A stretch of DNA of 35,236 nt from Fidelibacterota bacterium (GCA_046861645.1 JBHHUM010000019.1:1-35236), one strand, 5' to 3'. Shown: positions 1-9,788, numbered from the stretch's first letter. Program-made: numbers and translations. The notes: generated from the letters alone by a model not told the origin.

Positions 1-344
1 AGGTCGGGAAATAAATTGTTTACATAAACACTTCATCCTTTAAGTTGTTTGAGAACTGAAGTGTCGACGATTTCGATCCTTGTGAATAACGTGTTGATAA
101 ATTTTGGATATATTAATATGTATAAATGATGGGTGAATATTTCTACATCAGAGAACCCAATCACAATCTGTATACAATATATCTGTTTCGGCAAGATAAG
201 CAGGAAGCAATGACTCAGACAGATTACCCACCAGGGAGATGAACCAGACAAATTACTAACTGCTAAGTTTGATGGCTTGTAGTAAATGGTGTAATTCATG
301 TTGTATGTAAATACTGTATATTTGTATGGTATTACCATGCAATT

Positions 345-901
345 ATGATAGAAAAATTATTTCATCTGGCATAAAGGTAGCTTTGCTGAGAAAGTTATTA
401 CTGAACTCTGAAAGTGAATATTACCTACGGGAGTTGAGTCACAACTTGGGGTATAATGTTATGGCAATCAGACAGGAACTAAGGAAACTTGTATCTACAG
501 GACTGGTAGTCTCGAGATCTTCTGGGAATCGAAGATACTTTAGAATAAATCCTGATCATATCCTTTTTCCTGAATTAAAATCTTTGATTGTAAAAACTGT
601 GGGAGTTGTAGACCTGTTGAAGAAAAGCCTGACAGCATCGGAAAATCAGATTCTTATGTCATTTATCTATGGTTCTATAGCTTGAAGTACAGATACGTCA
701 GAAAGTGACGTTGATTTGTTTATCATCGGTGATATTTCCCCCAATATTTTGTCGTCATCTCTACGAATTGTAAGTGATGAAATTGGGAGGGAGATAAACT
801 GCACTGTGATGACAACGGAAGAGTTTACGACCCGTCTGAAAGAAAAAGATCATTTTGTTTGTACGGTTATGAAAGAGTCAAAAGTATTTGTTGGGTTTTA
901 A
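345..901 (+). pseudogene. Winged-helix (ArsR-like) HTH + minimal nucleotidyltransferase (MNT-type antitoxin-like) gene, disrupted
   Basis: ORFs 326-685 and 716-901 are in the same frame, separated only by TGA 683-685. Read through, they give YGSIA*STDTSESDVDLFIIG, the GS-x10-DxD nucleotidyltransferase motif. The N-terminal half (YYLRELS...IRQELRKLVSTGLV...GNRRYF) is a wHTH. The likely native start ATG 345 (MIEKLF) is one base out of frame with SSGIKVALL. Confidence 0.75.
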
Positions 902-1099
902 AAAGTCATTCTTTGGAAGTTTGTAAACAGAGCAGATAGCTTTATGGAGAACTGAGAGAGGTAGGAGCAGGAAATTGTATTCTTATTTAATATTGCTTAA
1001 AGAAAGTCGTCGATAATTCTAAACCGGCAACTATCCCTGTGCCGACTCCTTCATCCATCCACCTGCTCTCCTCAACCGTCCACCAATGCGACTATCTAT

Positions 1100-1128
1100 T
1101 TGCAATCGCTTCGACCTGACCTTAAATT
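1100..1128 (+). promoter_or_regulatory. Putative sigma70-type promoter for the ruvB-queA-isp operon
   Basis: TTGCAA (1100-1105), 17-nt spacer, TAAATT (1123-1128); lies about 170 nt upstream of ruvB. Confidence 0.5.
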
Positions 1129-1299
1129 ATGGCTTGTCTATATGTACTCCAGCCAGTTATTTCCCTCATGCCAAACTGAACATGGGGACCAGCATCACCA
1201 CAGGATTATACAGTTGGAAGTAATCTGCGGAAAGGTGGTACAACCGCGGGAACCTGTGGAATGGATACGGTGCTTGTTCTGTAGGAGATTGTATAGAAA

Positions 1300-2319
1300 A
1301 TGACCGATAGCCATATTACAGACGCCGAACCGAGGGAAGAGGATCTTTTAGTAGAACAGACCCTGCGTCCCATCACCTTCAATGATTTTATTGGTCAGAA
1401 AGAGGTGGTGGATAATCTCCGTCTTTACATTGAGGCGGCGAAGAAACGGAAGGAAGCCCTTGATCATGTACTCCTCTTTGGTCCTCCTGGACTGGGTAAG
1501 ACTACTTTGGCGTACATAATTGCCAAAGAGATTGATGCGAACCTGAAGCAGACCTCGGGGCCAGTGCTGGAACGGGCGGGTGATCTGGCGGGACTGCTTA
1601 CCAATCTCCAGTTTCAGGATGTTCTCTTTATCGATGAAGTCCACCGGCTAAATAGTGTGGTGGAGGAATATCTGTACTCCGCAATGGAGGACTATCACAT
1701 CGATATTATGATTGACCGGGGTCCAAGCGCCCGGTCGGTCCAGTTGAATCTGGAAAGGTTCACACTCATTGGGGCTACCACACGTCTGGGCAATCTCACC
1801 TCACCCATGAGAGATCGCTTCGGGGTCGTTTTAAGAGTAGATTTCTATGAGGAGGAGGACCTTTTTAAAATAATAAAACGTTCAGCTACTATTCTTGATG
1901 TAGCCATTGAGGATAATGGTGCCCGGGAGCTCGCCGGAAGGTCTCGCGGTACGCCTCGTGTAGCCAATCGTATTCTGCGGCGGACTCGCGATTACGCTGA
2001 AGTGAAGGCTGATGGAGTTATTACCGGAGAAGTGGCCATGAAATCATTAGAGCAGTTAGGTATTGATGATGTGGGGTTGGACGGCATGGATCGCCTGATT
2101 CTATCTACCCTGGTGGATAAGTTTCAGGGAGGACCCGTCGGTATCAACTCTTTGAGTGTGGCCATTGGTGAAGATGCCCACACCATTGAGGACGTATATG
2201 AGCCATTTCTGATTAAGGAGGGATTCATTCAGAGGACGTCCCGGGGCCGAATCGCTCAGGATAGAACTTTCAGTTACCTCGGAGTAACCAAACCAGAGGA
2301 TCAACAGAATTTATTTTAG
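1300..2319 (+). CDS. ruvB: Holliday junction branch migration ATPase RuvB
   Basis: LRP..F.DFIGQ, Walker [12 protein letters not shown], Walker [40 protein letters not shown] upstream. Confidence 0.98.
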   Translation: MTDSHITDAEPREEDLLVEQTLRPITFNDFIGQKEVVDNLRLYIEAAKKRKEALDHVLLFGPPGLGKTTLAYIIAKEIDANLKQTSGPVLERAGDLAGLLTNLQFQDVLFIDEVHRLNSVVEEYLYSAMEDYHIDIMIDRGPSARSVQLNLERFTLIGATTRLGNLTSPMRDRFGVVLRVDFYEEEDLFKIIKRSATILDVAIEDNGARELAGRSRGTPRVANRILRRTRDYAEVKADGVITGEVAMKSLEQLGIDDVGLDGMDRLILSTLVDKFQGGPVGINSLSVAIGEDAHTIEDVYEPFLIKEGFIQRTSRGRIAQDRTFSYLGVTKPEDQQNLF

Positions 2320-2336
2320 TTGAAGGGGGTTAATAG

Positions 2337-3389
2337 ATGTTTCAGAAAAGGATTAAACTGAGGTTAGCTGATTTTGATTACCACTTACCGAAAGTGAGGA
2401 TCGCCCAAGCTCCATCTCCCCGGCGTGATTATGCCAGAATGATGGTTTTACATAGGAAAACAAAGAAAATTGAACACCGGAAGTTCATTAACCTGCATAA
2501 ATATATGCGGAAGAATGACCTGTTAATTATCAATACCACGAAAGTGTTTCCTGCTCGATTGTTTGCCGTGAAAGATAGGACTGATGCACAGGTGGAAGTA
2601 TTTCTCCTGCGTGAGCTGGAGAATGATTTATGGGAAGTACTGGTCAAGCCGGCCAGGAAAGTCAGAATAGGGAATAAATTACACTTCACGGATACGGTTC
2701 ATTGTGATGTTATTGACAATACAGTTTCTGGCGGACGGGTAGTCCGTTTTGATTATCCGGGAGACGACTTCTATAAGATTATTGATCGTATAGGCAATTC
2801 TCCGCTACCTCCCTACATTACCCGCAAGGCTACCCTACAGGACAAAACTCGTTACCAGACGGTTTATGCTGATACTCGTGGTGCAGTGGCAGCGCCCACG
2901 GCGGGTCTTCATTTTACCGAGGGTCTAATGAAGAAGCTGAAAAGTAAAGGTGTGAAGATTAAACCTATCGTCTTGCATATCGGTTTAGGGACGTTTCGAC
3001 CGATACAGGTAGAGGATCTGACCCGCCATCAGATGGATTCTGAGTTCTTTGAAGTGCCACCTGAAACAGCATTAGCCATCAATGAAGCTCGGGAGAGGGA
3101 GAAGAAAATCATTGCGGTAGGGACCTCTACAGTACGGGCATTGGAGACGGTCGTGGTTTCCGGCTTCCAGGTGGCACCCAAACGAGGTTGGACAGATAAG
3201 TTCATCTATCCGCCCTACGATTTTAAAATGACCGATGGTATGGTAACAAATTTCCATATGCCCAAGTCGACTCTTCTCATGTTAGTCAGCGCTTTTGCTG
3301 ATCGGGAGTTCGTGCTCGATGCCTACAAACTGGCTATTAAAGAGAAATACCGGTTTCTGAGTTACGGCGATAGTATGCTCATAATCTGA
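2337..3389 (+). CDS. queA: S-adenosylmethionine:tRNA ribosyltransferase-isomerase
   Basis: DFDYHLP..IAQ.P, PLPPYI, YQTVYA..GAVAAPTAGLHF, LHIGLGTF, AVGTSTVRALE, TNFHMPKSTL, YRFLSYGD motifs. Confidence 0.97.
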   Translation: MFQKRIKLRLADFDYHLPKVRIAQAPSPRRDYARMMVLHRKTKKIEHRKFINLHKYMRKNDLLIINTTKVFPARLFAVKDRTDAQVEVFLLRELENDLWEVLVKPARKVRIGNKLHFTDTVHCDVIDNTVSGGRVVRFDYPGDDFYKIIDRIGNSPLPPYITRKATLQDKTRYQTVYADTRGAVAAPTAGLHFTEGLMKKLKSKGVKIKPIVLHIGLGTFRPIQVEDLTRHQMDSEFFEVPPETALAINEAREREKKIIAVGTSTVRALETVVVSGFQVAPKRGWTDKFIYPPYDFKMTDGMVTNFHMPKSTLLMLVSAFADREFVLDAYKLAIKEKYRFLSYGDSMLII

Positions 3390-3399
3390 TTGTGGAAAT

Positions 3400-4095
3400 A
3401 TGACAGCAGTAGCCATAATTGTTGGCGCTGGTCAGGGCCTCCGCTTCCAATCAAAATCACAAACGACCCCCAAACAGTTCTTCAAACTGGCTGGTCAACT
3501 CCTTATCATCAGGGCTCTCCAACCCTTTATTGCTTCTGAGGATATAGATAAGTGTATTGCCGTCGTTCCTCAGGAGGCAGTTGATTGGTTTAAGGAGGAA
3601 GTGGCTCGAAAGACATCAGGTGAAACCGTACGGGTGATGAATGGTGGTGTACGTCGTCAAGACAGCGTCCGACGCGGGGTTGAGGCAGCCTCAGGAGCGG
3701 ATGTGGTGGTTATTCATGATGCGGTTCGTCCGTTTGTTCGCCCAGAGTGGATCTCAACGGTAATTAATCTGTGTAACCGTCATGATGGTGCGGTCCTTGC
3801 AATCCCCGCTAGTGATACCCTGAAAAAGGTGGTTGATGGGAGGATTAGTCGGACTATAAATCGGGATAATATCTGGCAGGCACAAACTCCACAGGCTTTT
3901 AAACGTGATATATTGTTGCAAGCGTATGATAGCGTAAAATGGGAGACTCTGCGAGTGACTGATGAAGCCCAGCTCCTGGAGATCACAGGTAAGGAGCTGG
4001 TGATCGCTGCTGGCAGCAGTGAGAATATCAAGATTACCACACAGGAGGACTGGGCCAGAGCCAAAGTCATCTGGGAGCAACGTTATGGAGATTAG
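3400..4095 (+). CDS. ispD: 2-C-methyl-D-erythritol 4-phosphate cytidylyltransferase
   Basis: GAGQGLRF..PKQF, GG.RRQDSV, IHDAVRPF, DTLK, QTPQAF, TDEA, NIKITT motifs. Confidence 0.96.
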   Translation: MTAVAIIVGAGQGLRFQSKSQTTPKQFFKLAGQLLIIRALQPFIASEDIDKCIAVVPQEAVDWFKEEVARKTSGETVRVMNGGVRRQDSVRRGVEAASGADVVVIHDAVRPFVRPEWISTVINLCNRHDGAVLAIPASDTLKKVVDGRISRTINRDNIWQAQTPQAFKRDILLQAYDSVKWETLRVTDEAQLLEITGKELVIAAGSSENIKITTQEDWARAKVIWEQRYGD

Positions 4096-4564
4096 AACAG
4101 GTATTGGATATGATCTTCACCCTTTGGCTAAAGGAGAGTCATTGGTGTTAGGAGGTGTAACCATAGCATATAACCGGGGTACCAAAGGCCATTCCGATGG
4201 TGATGTCCTTACTCATGCGGTGGTGGATGCCCTGTTAGGTGCTGCGGGATGGGGAGACATCGGCAAATTTTTCCCAAGTAATGACAATGCTTGGCAAGGA
4301 GTTTCCAGTTTACTCTTCCTTGAAAAGGTTGCCGCAGAGTTAAGCAATGTGGGGATGAACGTTGTGAATGTTGATTGTACAGTTGTTTTGGAGGAGCCTA
4401 AAATCGGGTCTTATATCGATAAGATGAAGGGGGAAATTGCTCGTATTCTGGCTATGGAGACTCATCGTATTTCCATCAAGGCAACGACTACTGATGGCCT
4501 GGGTGTTATTGGTCGCGGTGAAGGTGTGGCGGCCCTGGCTGTGGCGACCCTTAAGACGAGTTGA
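4085..4564 (+). CDS. ispF: 2-C-methyl-D-erythritol 2,4-cyclodiphosphate synthase
   Basis: Start moved to ATG 4085 (MEIRTGIGYDLH); GHSDGDVLTHA..DALLGA, GDIG..FP, SIKATT motifs; overlaps the ispD end. Confidence 0.96.
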   Translation: MEIRTGIGYDLHPLAKGESLVLGGVTIAYNRGTKGHSDGDVLTHAVVDALLGAAGWGDIGKFFPSNDNAWQGVSSLLFLEKVAAELSNVGMNVVNVDCTVVLEEPKIGSYIDKMKGEIARILAMETHRISIKATTTDGLGVIGRGEGVAALAVATLKTS

Positions 4565-5404
4565 CTTATCCCGGAATTTTCATCATATGCAAAAATAAAT
4601 ATTGGCTTGAAAATAGCCGCACCCCGACCAGATGGTTACCATATCATTCATACTGTTTTCCAGGAGATTTCCCTTAAAGATACTATACGCATTAAGCCAA
4701 CAGCAGGTAAATTTCATTTTTCATGTAACCATCCTGATGTTCCTGAAGATGAAACCAATCTCTGTGTACGAGCGTGGGATATTATCAATAAAGATGTAGG
4801 TGACCTCCCAAGTGTCAATATAGAATTGGTAAAAAACATACCGGTAGCGGCTGGCCTGGGCGGTGGATCGAGTAATGCTGCCACGGTTCTGATCGGTATT
4901 AATCAACTCTTTGAATTGGGTCTTGAGGACCAGCATCTAGAGAACATAGCGGTCCAGTTAGGGGCTGACGTCCCTTTTTTCATTAAAGGTGGAATACAAT
5001 ATGCTACCGAGATAGGAGATAAGCTTGCACCAGCACAGCTTCCAGAGATAGGCGCCATTGTGCTGGTAGTTCCCCCCACTAGAATTTCTACAGCTTGGGC
5101 TTATGAGGAGGCAATAAAATTCTTGCCAGAAGGTTATTCTACCGGTAAGTTTGCGGCCGCTTCAAGGACTTATCAGGACTGGAAGTTTTTTGAGAACGAC
5201 TTTGAACCTCTGGTGTTTCAAACATATCCAGAGATTGGCACGATCAAGGCTCGTCTGTTGAAATCAGGCGCGGTGTTTGCCGGTCTGTCGGGGAGTGGCT
5301 CGACTGTGTTTGGGATTTTCGAGGAAGAGGTAGATGCCCGTGAAGTACTGTCTATATTTTCCTCACCTCTCCTAACCTTTCTCACCTATCCCCAGCAAAG
5401 ATAG
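4565..5404 (+). CDS. ispE: 4-diphosphocytidyl-2-C-methyl-D-erythritol kinase (start codon uncertain)
   Basis: AKINIGL...RPDGYH, KNIPVAAGLGGGSSNAA, LGADVPFF, NDFE, LSGSGSTVF. The conserved AKIN motif (4589-4600) lies upstream of the first canonical in-frame start (TTG 4607). The frame is open back to the ispF stop. Confidence 0.93.
   Translation, partial: LIPEFSSYAKINIGLKIAAPRPDGYHIIHTVFQEISLKDTIRIKPTAGKFHFSCNHPDVPEDETNLCVRAWDIINKDVGDLPSVNIELVKNIPVAAGLGGGSSNAATVLIGINQLFELGLEDQHLENIAVQLGADVPFFIKGGIQYATEIGDKLAPAQLPEIGAIVLVVPPTRISTAWAYEEAIKFLPEGYSTGKFAAASRTYQDWKFFENDFEPLVFQTYPEIGTIKARLLKSGAVFAGLSGSGSTVFGIFEEEVDAREVLSIFSSPLLTFLTYPQQR
5123..5151 (+). promoter_or_regulatory. Putative sigma70 promoter inside ispE, for tRNA-Gln/prs/rplY
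   Basis: TTGCCA (5123-5128), 17-nt spacer, TAAGTT (5146-5151), then GC-rich TGCGGCCGC. Confidence 0.45.
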
Positions 5405-5414
5405 ATTAACACAG

Positions 5415-5485
5415 TGCCGGGTCGTCTAATGGCAGGACAGCGGCCTTTGGAGCCGTTAGTCGTGGTTCGAATCCACGCCCGGCAG
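5415..5485 (+). tRNA. tRNA-Gln (anticodon TTG), CCA not encoded
   Basis: Acceptor stem TGCCGGG/CCCGGCA, D arm GTCTAATGGCAGGAC, anticodon arm GCGGC-CTTTGGA-GCCGT, T arm CGTGG-TTCGAAT-CCACG, discriminator G. This is the usual ispE-tRNAGln-prs position. Confidence 0.97.
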
Positions 5486-5507
5486 CAAATAGTATTAGGT
5501 CAATAGG

Positions 5508-6449
5508 ATGAATCAACTGAAAATATTCAGTGGCAGGTCGAATCGGCCCTTAGCTGAGGAAATCGCCGAGAAGGTAGGACTACCTTTGGGCGAAGTACAG
5601 ATAAGGCAATTCAGTGACGGTGAATTGTGGGTGAAATATGCAGAAAATATCCGTGGAGAGGATGTGTTTATCATTCAATCTACCCATTCACCTGCCGAGA
5701 ACATATTGGAATTGGTGCTGCTTATTGATGCCGCCGTCCGTTCCTCTGCTGACCGGGTGACGGCGGTTATTCCCTACTATGGCTATGGACGGCAAGATAG
5801 AAAGGACCAACCCCGTGTACCCATCTCAGCCCGGGTGATGATTGATCTCATGACAAGTGTCGGGGTTAACCGCATCCTGACTATGGACATGCACTCGTCT
5901 CAGATACAAGGGTTTACAACCCTGCCGTTCGATCATTTGTATGCCCGGCAGATTCTGTTTGACCGCTTAAGGAAGCTTGATCTACGGACAGAGGGGGCGG
6001 TTATTCTGGCTCCGGATGTCGGTAACGCTCCCATGGCACAATCATTTGCTAAACATTTAGGTGTGGGGTTTGCTCTGGTTGATAAGCGGCGCACTGCTCC
6101 CAACCAGGCTGAGGTTGTCCATTTAATTGGTGATTTGCAGGGGAAGAAGGTTATTATTCTGGATGATATGATCGATACGGGTGGGACCATCGTAAATGCG
6201 GGTCAAGCGGCCATGGAAAAGGGTGCTGACAGTGTTATCGCTGTGGCGACTCATGGAATTTTATCAGGTGATGCACCCAGAATTTTTACCGAATCAGAAC
6301 TGGAAAAAATTATTATTTCGAACACAGTGAACCTGCCTGAAGGTAGAAAATTCGATAAATTGGAAATAATATCTGTTGCTGGACTCTTCGCGAGGGCGAT
6401 TGAATGCATTCACAATGGTGAGTCTATCAGTGCACTCTTTGAGTTCTAA
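5508..6449 (+). CDS. prs: Ribose-phosphate pyrophosphokinase
   Basis: FSDGE, ENIRG.DVFIIQ, VIPYYGYGRQDRK, DMHSSQIQGF, DKRR, DDMIDTGGT, ATHG motifs. Confidence 0.98.
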   Translation: MNQLKIFSGRSNRPLAEEIAEKVGLPLGEVQIRQFSDGELWVKYAENIRGEDVFIIQSTHSPAENILELVLLIDAAVRSSADRVTAVIPYYGYGRQDRKDQPRVPISARVMIDLMTSVGVNRILTMDMHSSQIQGFTTLPFDHLYARQILFDRLRKLDLRTEGAVILAPDVGNAPMAQSFAKHLGVGFALVDKRRTAPNQAEVVHLIGDLQGKKVIILDDMIDTGGTIVNAGQAAMEKGADSVIAVATHGILSGDAPRIFTESELEKIIISNTVNLPEGRKFDKLEIISVAGLFARAIECIHNGESISALFEF

Positions 6450-6464
6450 CTTTTGGAGGAAATC

Positions 6465-7166
6465 ATGGCTAACGAATTTAAACTTGAGTTGGAAAAGCGT
6501 GAGAAGCTGGGTACTAAAGCTGCTCAAGAGCTGCGATCTGAAGGGAAAATACCCGGGGTATTCTACGCTGCCGATAAAGATGCAACCCCGTTTTTTATAG
6601 AACGCCGACATCTCCACGAGGCCTTGCAATCGCAGTCACATGTTTATGCAGTAAGCGTCGGTGGCAAGAAACTACACGCTATTTTTAAGGAAATTCAATA
6701 TCATCCAGTAACGGAGGAGATTCTTCATCTGGATTTATATGGAGTAAGCCTTCTGGATAAGATTACTCTTTCAGTTCCCATCATACTGGAGGGTGATTCT
6801 GTAGGTGTGAATATGGGGGGCATTATGAGTCAAAGCCTTATGGAGCTTGAAATTCAATGTTTGGCAACCGAGGTACCCGACGCTATACATGTGGATGTGA
6901 CCGAGCTGACAGTAAACGAGGCATTGCATATTAGAGATTTGGAGATAGCCGAGGAGATTGTGGTGCTGACACCCGAAGATACTACCATTGTTTCCGTAAC
7001 GGCGCCACGAGCAGAAGTCCTTGAGCCTGAAATTCCCGAGGAAGAGGGTGTTGAACTGGAAGGTGAAGAAGCTGAGATTGCCGAAGGTAAAGAAGCCCCT
7101 GAGGAAGAAAGCGAAAGTGTAGAGGAACCAAAAGAGAACGAAAAACAGGGAGGTTCATCGGAATGA
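6465..7166 (+). CDS. rplY: 50S ribosomal protein bL25 (CTC type, long acidic tail)
   Basis: ATG 6465 with SD GGAGG; R..G...A..LR..GKIPGVFY, KEIQYHPV...LHLD, VPDAI.VDV..L motifs; E-rich C-terminus. Confidence 0.95.
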   Translation: MANEFKLELEKREKLGTKAAQELRSEGKIPGVFYAADKDATPFFIERRHLHEALQSQSHVYAVSVGGKKLHAIFKEIQYHPVTEEILHLDLYGVSLLDKITLSVPIILEGDSVGVNMGGIMSQSLMELEIQCLATEVPDAIHVDVTELTVNEALHIRDLEIAEEIVVLTPEDTTIVSVTAPRAEVLEPEIPEEEGVELEGEEAEIAEGKEAPEEESESVEEPKENEKQGGSSE

Positions 7167-7744
7167 TCGCCTTTGTTGGTCTTGGTAATGTGGGTTCACG
7201 CTATGCTGCCACCAAACACAACTTCGGGTTTTGGGTAGTAGATGAACTTGTTCGTCGCCATAACCTCTCTTTTCGTCCCGGTAAAGGTGATTATATCTTT
7301 GCAGAGTCGGAGGGTAAAGAGGATGTTCTCTGGGTCAAACCCACAGCGGGCATGAACGCCAGTGGTGTACCAGTAGTAGAGTTATTCAAGCGGTGGCAGA
7401 TAGAGCTTGCCAACCTTTATGTTATAGTTGATGATGTGGATTTACCGTTAGGTACGATGAGGATTCGTCCCCGCGGTGGCGATGGTTGCCACAAGGGGTT
7501 GGAGTCCATAATCTACCAGTTGGGCAGTACCGATTTTCCTCGAATCAGGATGGGCATTGGTACCACTGAAAAGATGCGTCCGGCTGAAGACTATGTCCTG
7601 AAGCCATTTCGCAAGAAGGATCAATCGTTGGCTGAAGAGATGGTCCAGCGCGGAGCTGATGCTGTGGAGTCCATTTTGTATAAGGGTTTGGAGAAGACAA
7701 TGTCTGAATTTAATAGATTAGAAATAGAGGAGATAGCGGGATAA
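7163..7744 (+). CDS. pth: Peptidyl-tRNA hydrolase
   Basis: VGLGN.G..YA.TKHN.GF, KP...[15 protein letters not shown]....GG.G.HKGL.SI, RIRMGIG, YVL..F motifs. Confidence 0.97.
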   Translation: MIAFVGLGNVGSRYAATKHNFGFWVVDELVRRHNLSFRPGKGDYIFAESEGKEDVLWVKPTAGMNASGVPVVELFKRWQIELANLYVIVDDVDLPLGTMRIRPRGGDGCHKGLESIIYQLGSTDFPRIRMGIGTTEKMRPAEDYVLKPFRKKDQSLAEEMVQRGADAVESILYKGLEKTMSEFNRLEIEEIAG

Positions 7745-9777
7745 TGAATTTTTATTATATGATACCTTTTGCCGGTGGATTAGCACTTCTTTATGCGCTG
7801 CTAAAGTCGTCATGGATCAATAAGCAGGATCCCGGTAACGAGAAAATGATAGAAATTGGGGCAGCGGTTCGAGAAGGTGCCATGGCTTTTCTGGCCCGTG
7901 AATATAAAGTATTAGCTCTGTTTGTCATTGCTGTTGCAGTTCTTTTGGCTTGGGGTAATATGGCCGAGAGAACAAGTATGGTTGCCGTAAGCTTTGTAAT
8001 CGGTGCCCTTTGCAGCGGTTTGGCCGGTTTCTTTGGAATGCGGGTAGCAACAGCAGCCAATAATCGAACGACCCAGGCCGCTCGCAATAGCCTTAACTCC
8101 GCTCTCGCTGTTGCTTTCGCCGGTGGATCGGTCATGGGTATGAGTGTCGTGGGCCTTGGAGTTATTGGACTATCCTCACTGTTTTACCTTTATGGTGGAT
8201 TGAACGAAGGTGTTGATCTTCAGCATGTAATGACCATCCTCTCCGGATTTGCTATGGGTGCTTCATCCATTGCCCTCTTCGCCCGTGTGGGTGGCGGTAT
8301 TTATACCAAAGCTGCCGACGTGGGTGCTGACCTTGTTGGAAAGGTTGAAGCTGGCATCCCCGAGGATGATCCCCGCAATCCAGCTACAATTGCTGATAAC
8401 GTGGGGGATAATGTGGGTGATGTGGCCGGTATGGGTGCCGACCTGTTTGAGTCCTATGTCGGTTCCATTATTGGAGCGATGGTTCTGGCTGCAGCGGCTG
8501 AAGCCTCGAACCTGGTTGTGTTGCCACTTTTTTTGGCTGGAGCGGGAATTATCGTTTCAATTATGGGAACATTTTTTGTCCGTACAAAAGAAGGTGGTAA
8601 TCCTCAGACTGCGTTAAATATAGGTACCTATGGTGCTGGCGTTTTGATGTTGATTATCAGCTATTTCATCATTGCTTACCTGGTACCTGAACCGGTGCCT
8701 ATAGGCAAACATGTTGTGGCAGTTATCGATATTTTTGGGGCAACTGTTGCCGGTTTAGTGGCAGGGATTCTCGTGGGGACGTTTACTGAGTACTACACGG
8801 CAGAATCCCGCAGACCAGCGAGAAACATTTCCAAATCGAGTGAAACCGGTGCGGCTACAAATATAATTTCCGGATTGGCGAACGGAATGCAATCAACGGT
8901 ATTTCCGGTTCTCAGCATTGCCATTGCAATTATTGCAGCATACAATTTTGCGGGTCTTTATGGTATTGCAATTGCGGCATTAGGGATGCTTTCTACGACA
9001 GGGATACAATTGGCAGTAGACGCTTATGGTCCCATCGCAGACAACGCCGGCGGCTGTGCTGAGATGGCAGAACTGCCGTCAGAAGTCCGTGAAAGAACTG
9101 ATAAATTGGATGCAGTGGGGAACACCACTGCTGCCATCGGAAAGGGATTTGCCATCGGTTCGGCAGCATTGACAGCTTTGGCTCTTTTTGGTGCTTATCA
9201 GACGAAAGTAGGTTTGGATTCGATTGATATTATGAAACCTACTGTTATGGCGGGGTTGTTGATTGGAGGAGCGTTACCTTTTCTGTTTTCATCTTTTGCT
9301 ATGAAGGCGGTGGGGGAAGCTGCATTCGAAATGATAGAAGAAGTTCGGCGACAGTTTCGGGAAATAAAGGGTCTTTTAGAGGGTCAGGCTAAGGCTGACT
9401 ATGCTCGGTGTGTGGATATTGCCGCAGCGGCTGCGATTAAGAGGATGATAACACCTGGATTACTGGCTGTCTTGACGCCAGTATTCTTCGGCTTGATTCT
9501 TAAAAATCCGGAGATGTTGGGTGGTGTGTTAGCTGGAGTTACAGTGAGTGGAGTATTACTTGCCATCTTTATGGCGAATGCCGGTGGTTCTTGGGATAAT
9601 GCCAAAAAATATATCGAGAGTGGTGCCCATGGTGGCAAGGGGAGTAATGCTCACAAAGCTGCTGTGGTTGGTGACACAGTTGGTGACCCTTTTAAAGATA
9701 CCGCTGGACCGTCCTTGAATATCTTAATCAAACTTATGTCGGTGGTCTCATTGGTGATTGCACCGATGATTAAATAA
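7744..9777 (+). CDS. hppA: Membrane-integral pyrophosphatase, K+-dependent, probably Na+-translocating
   Basis: [74 protein letters not shown] indicates K+ dependence; ADLFESY carries the gate Glu typical of Na+-PPases. Confidence 0.96.
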   Translation: MNFYYMIPFAGGLALLYALLKSSWINKQDPGNEKMIEIGAAVREGAMAFLAREYKVLALFVIAVAVLLAWGNMAERTSMVAVSFVIGALCSGLAGFFGMRVATAANNRTTQAARNSLNSALAVAFAGGSVMGMSVVGLGVIGLSSLFYLYGGLNEGVDLQHVMTILSGFAMGASSIALFARVGGGIYTKAADVGADLVGKVEAGIPEDDPRNPATIADNVGDNVGDVAGMGADLFESYVGSIIGAMVLAAAAEASNLVVLPLFLAGAGIIVSIMGTFFVRTKEGGNPQTALNIGTYGAGVLMLIISYFIIAYLVPEPVPIGKHVVAVIDIFGATVAGLVAGILVGTFTEYYTAESRRPARNISKSSETGAATNIISGLANGMQSTVFPVLSIAIAIIAAYNFAGLYGIAIAALGMLSTTGIQLAVDAYGPIADNAGGCAEMAELPSEVRERTDKLDAVGNTTAAIGKGFAIGSAALTALALFGAYQTKVGLDSIDIMKPTVMAGLLIGGALPFLFSSFAMKAVGEAAFEMIEEVRRQFREIKGLLEGQAKADYARCVDIAAAAAIKRMITPGLLAVLTPVFFGLILKNPEMLGGVLAGVTVSGVLLAIFMANAGGSWDNAKKYIESGAHGGKGSNAHKAAVVGDTVGDPFKDTAGPSLNILIKLMSVVSLVIAPMIK

Positions 9778-9788
9778 CTGGAGAGAAC

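Noticed and set aside
33..338. 101-aa minus-strand ORF
   Set aside because: AT-rich, no recognisable motif or SD, and it overlaps probable regulatory DNA; likely spurious.
1230..1255. T-box-like string AAAGGTGGTACAACCGCG in the ruvB leader
   Set aside because: It does not match the UGGNACC bulge exactly, has no recognisable stem I/specifier loop or terminator, and ruvB is not a typical T-box target.
683..4564. Genome-wide UGA recoding (two in-frame TGAs at 683 and 4562 are followed by coding-like sequence)
   Set aside because: queA, rplY, pgsB, the M14 gene and the PorQ-like gene end at TGA at their expected C-termini, so UGA is a normal stop. No SECIS-like context or Cys-equivalent position supports selenocysteine.
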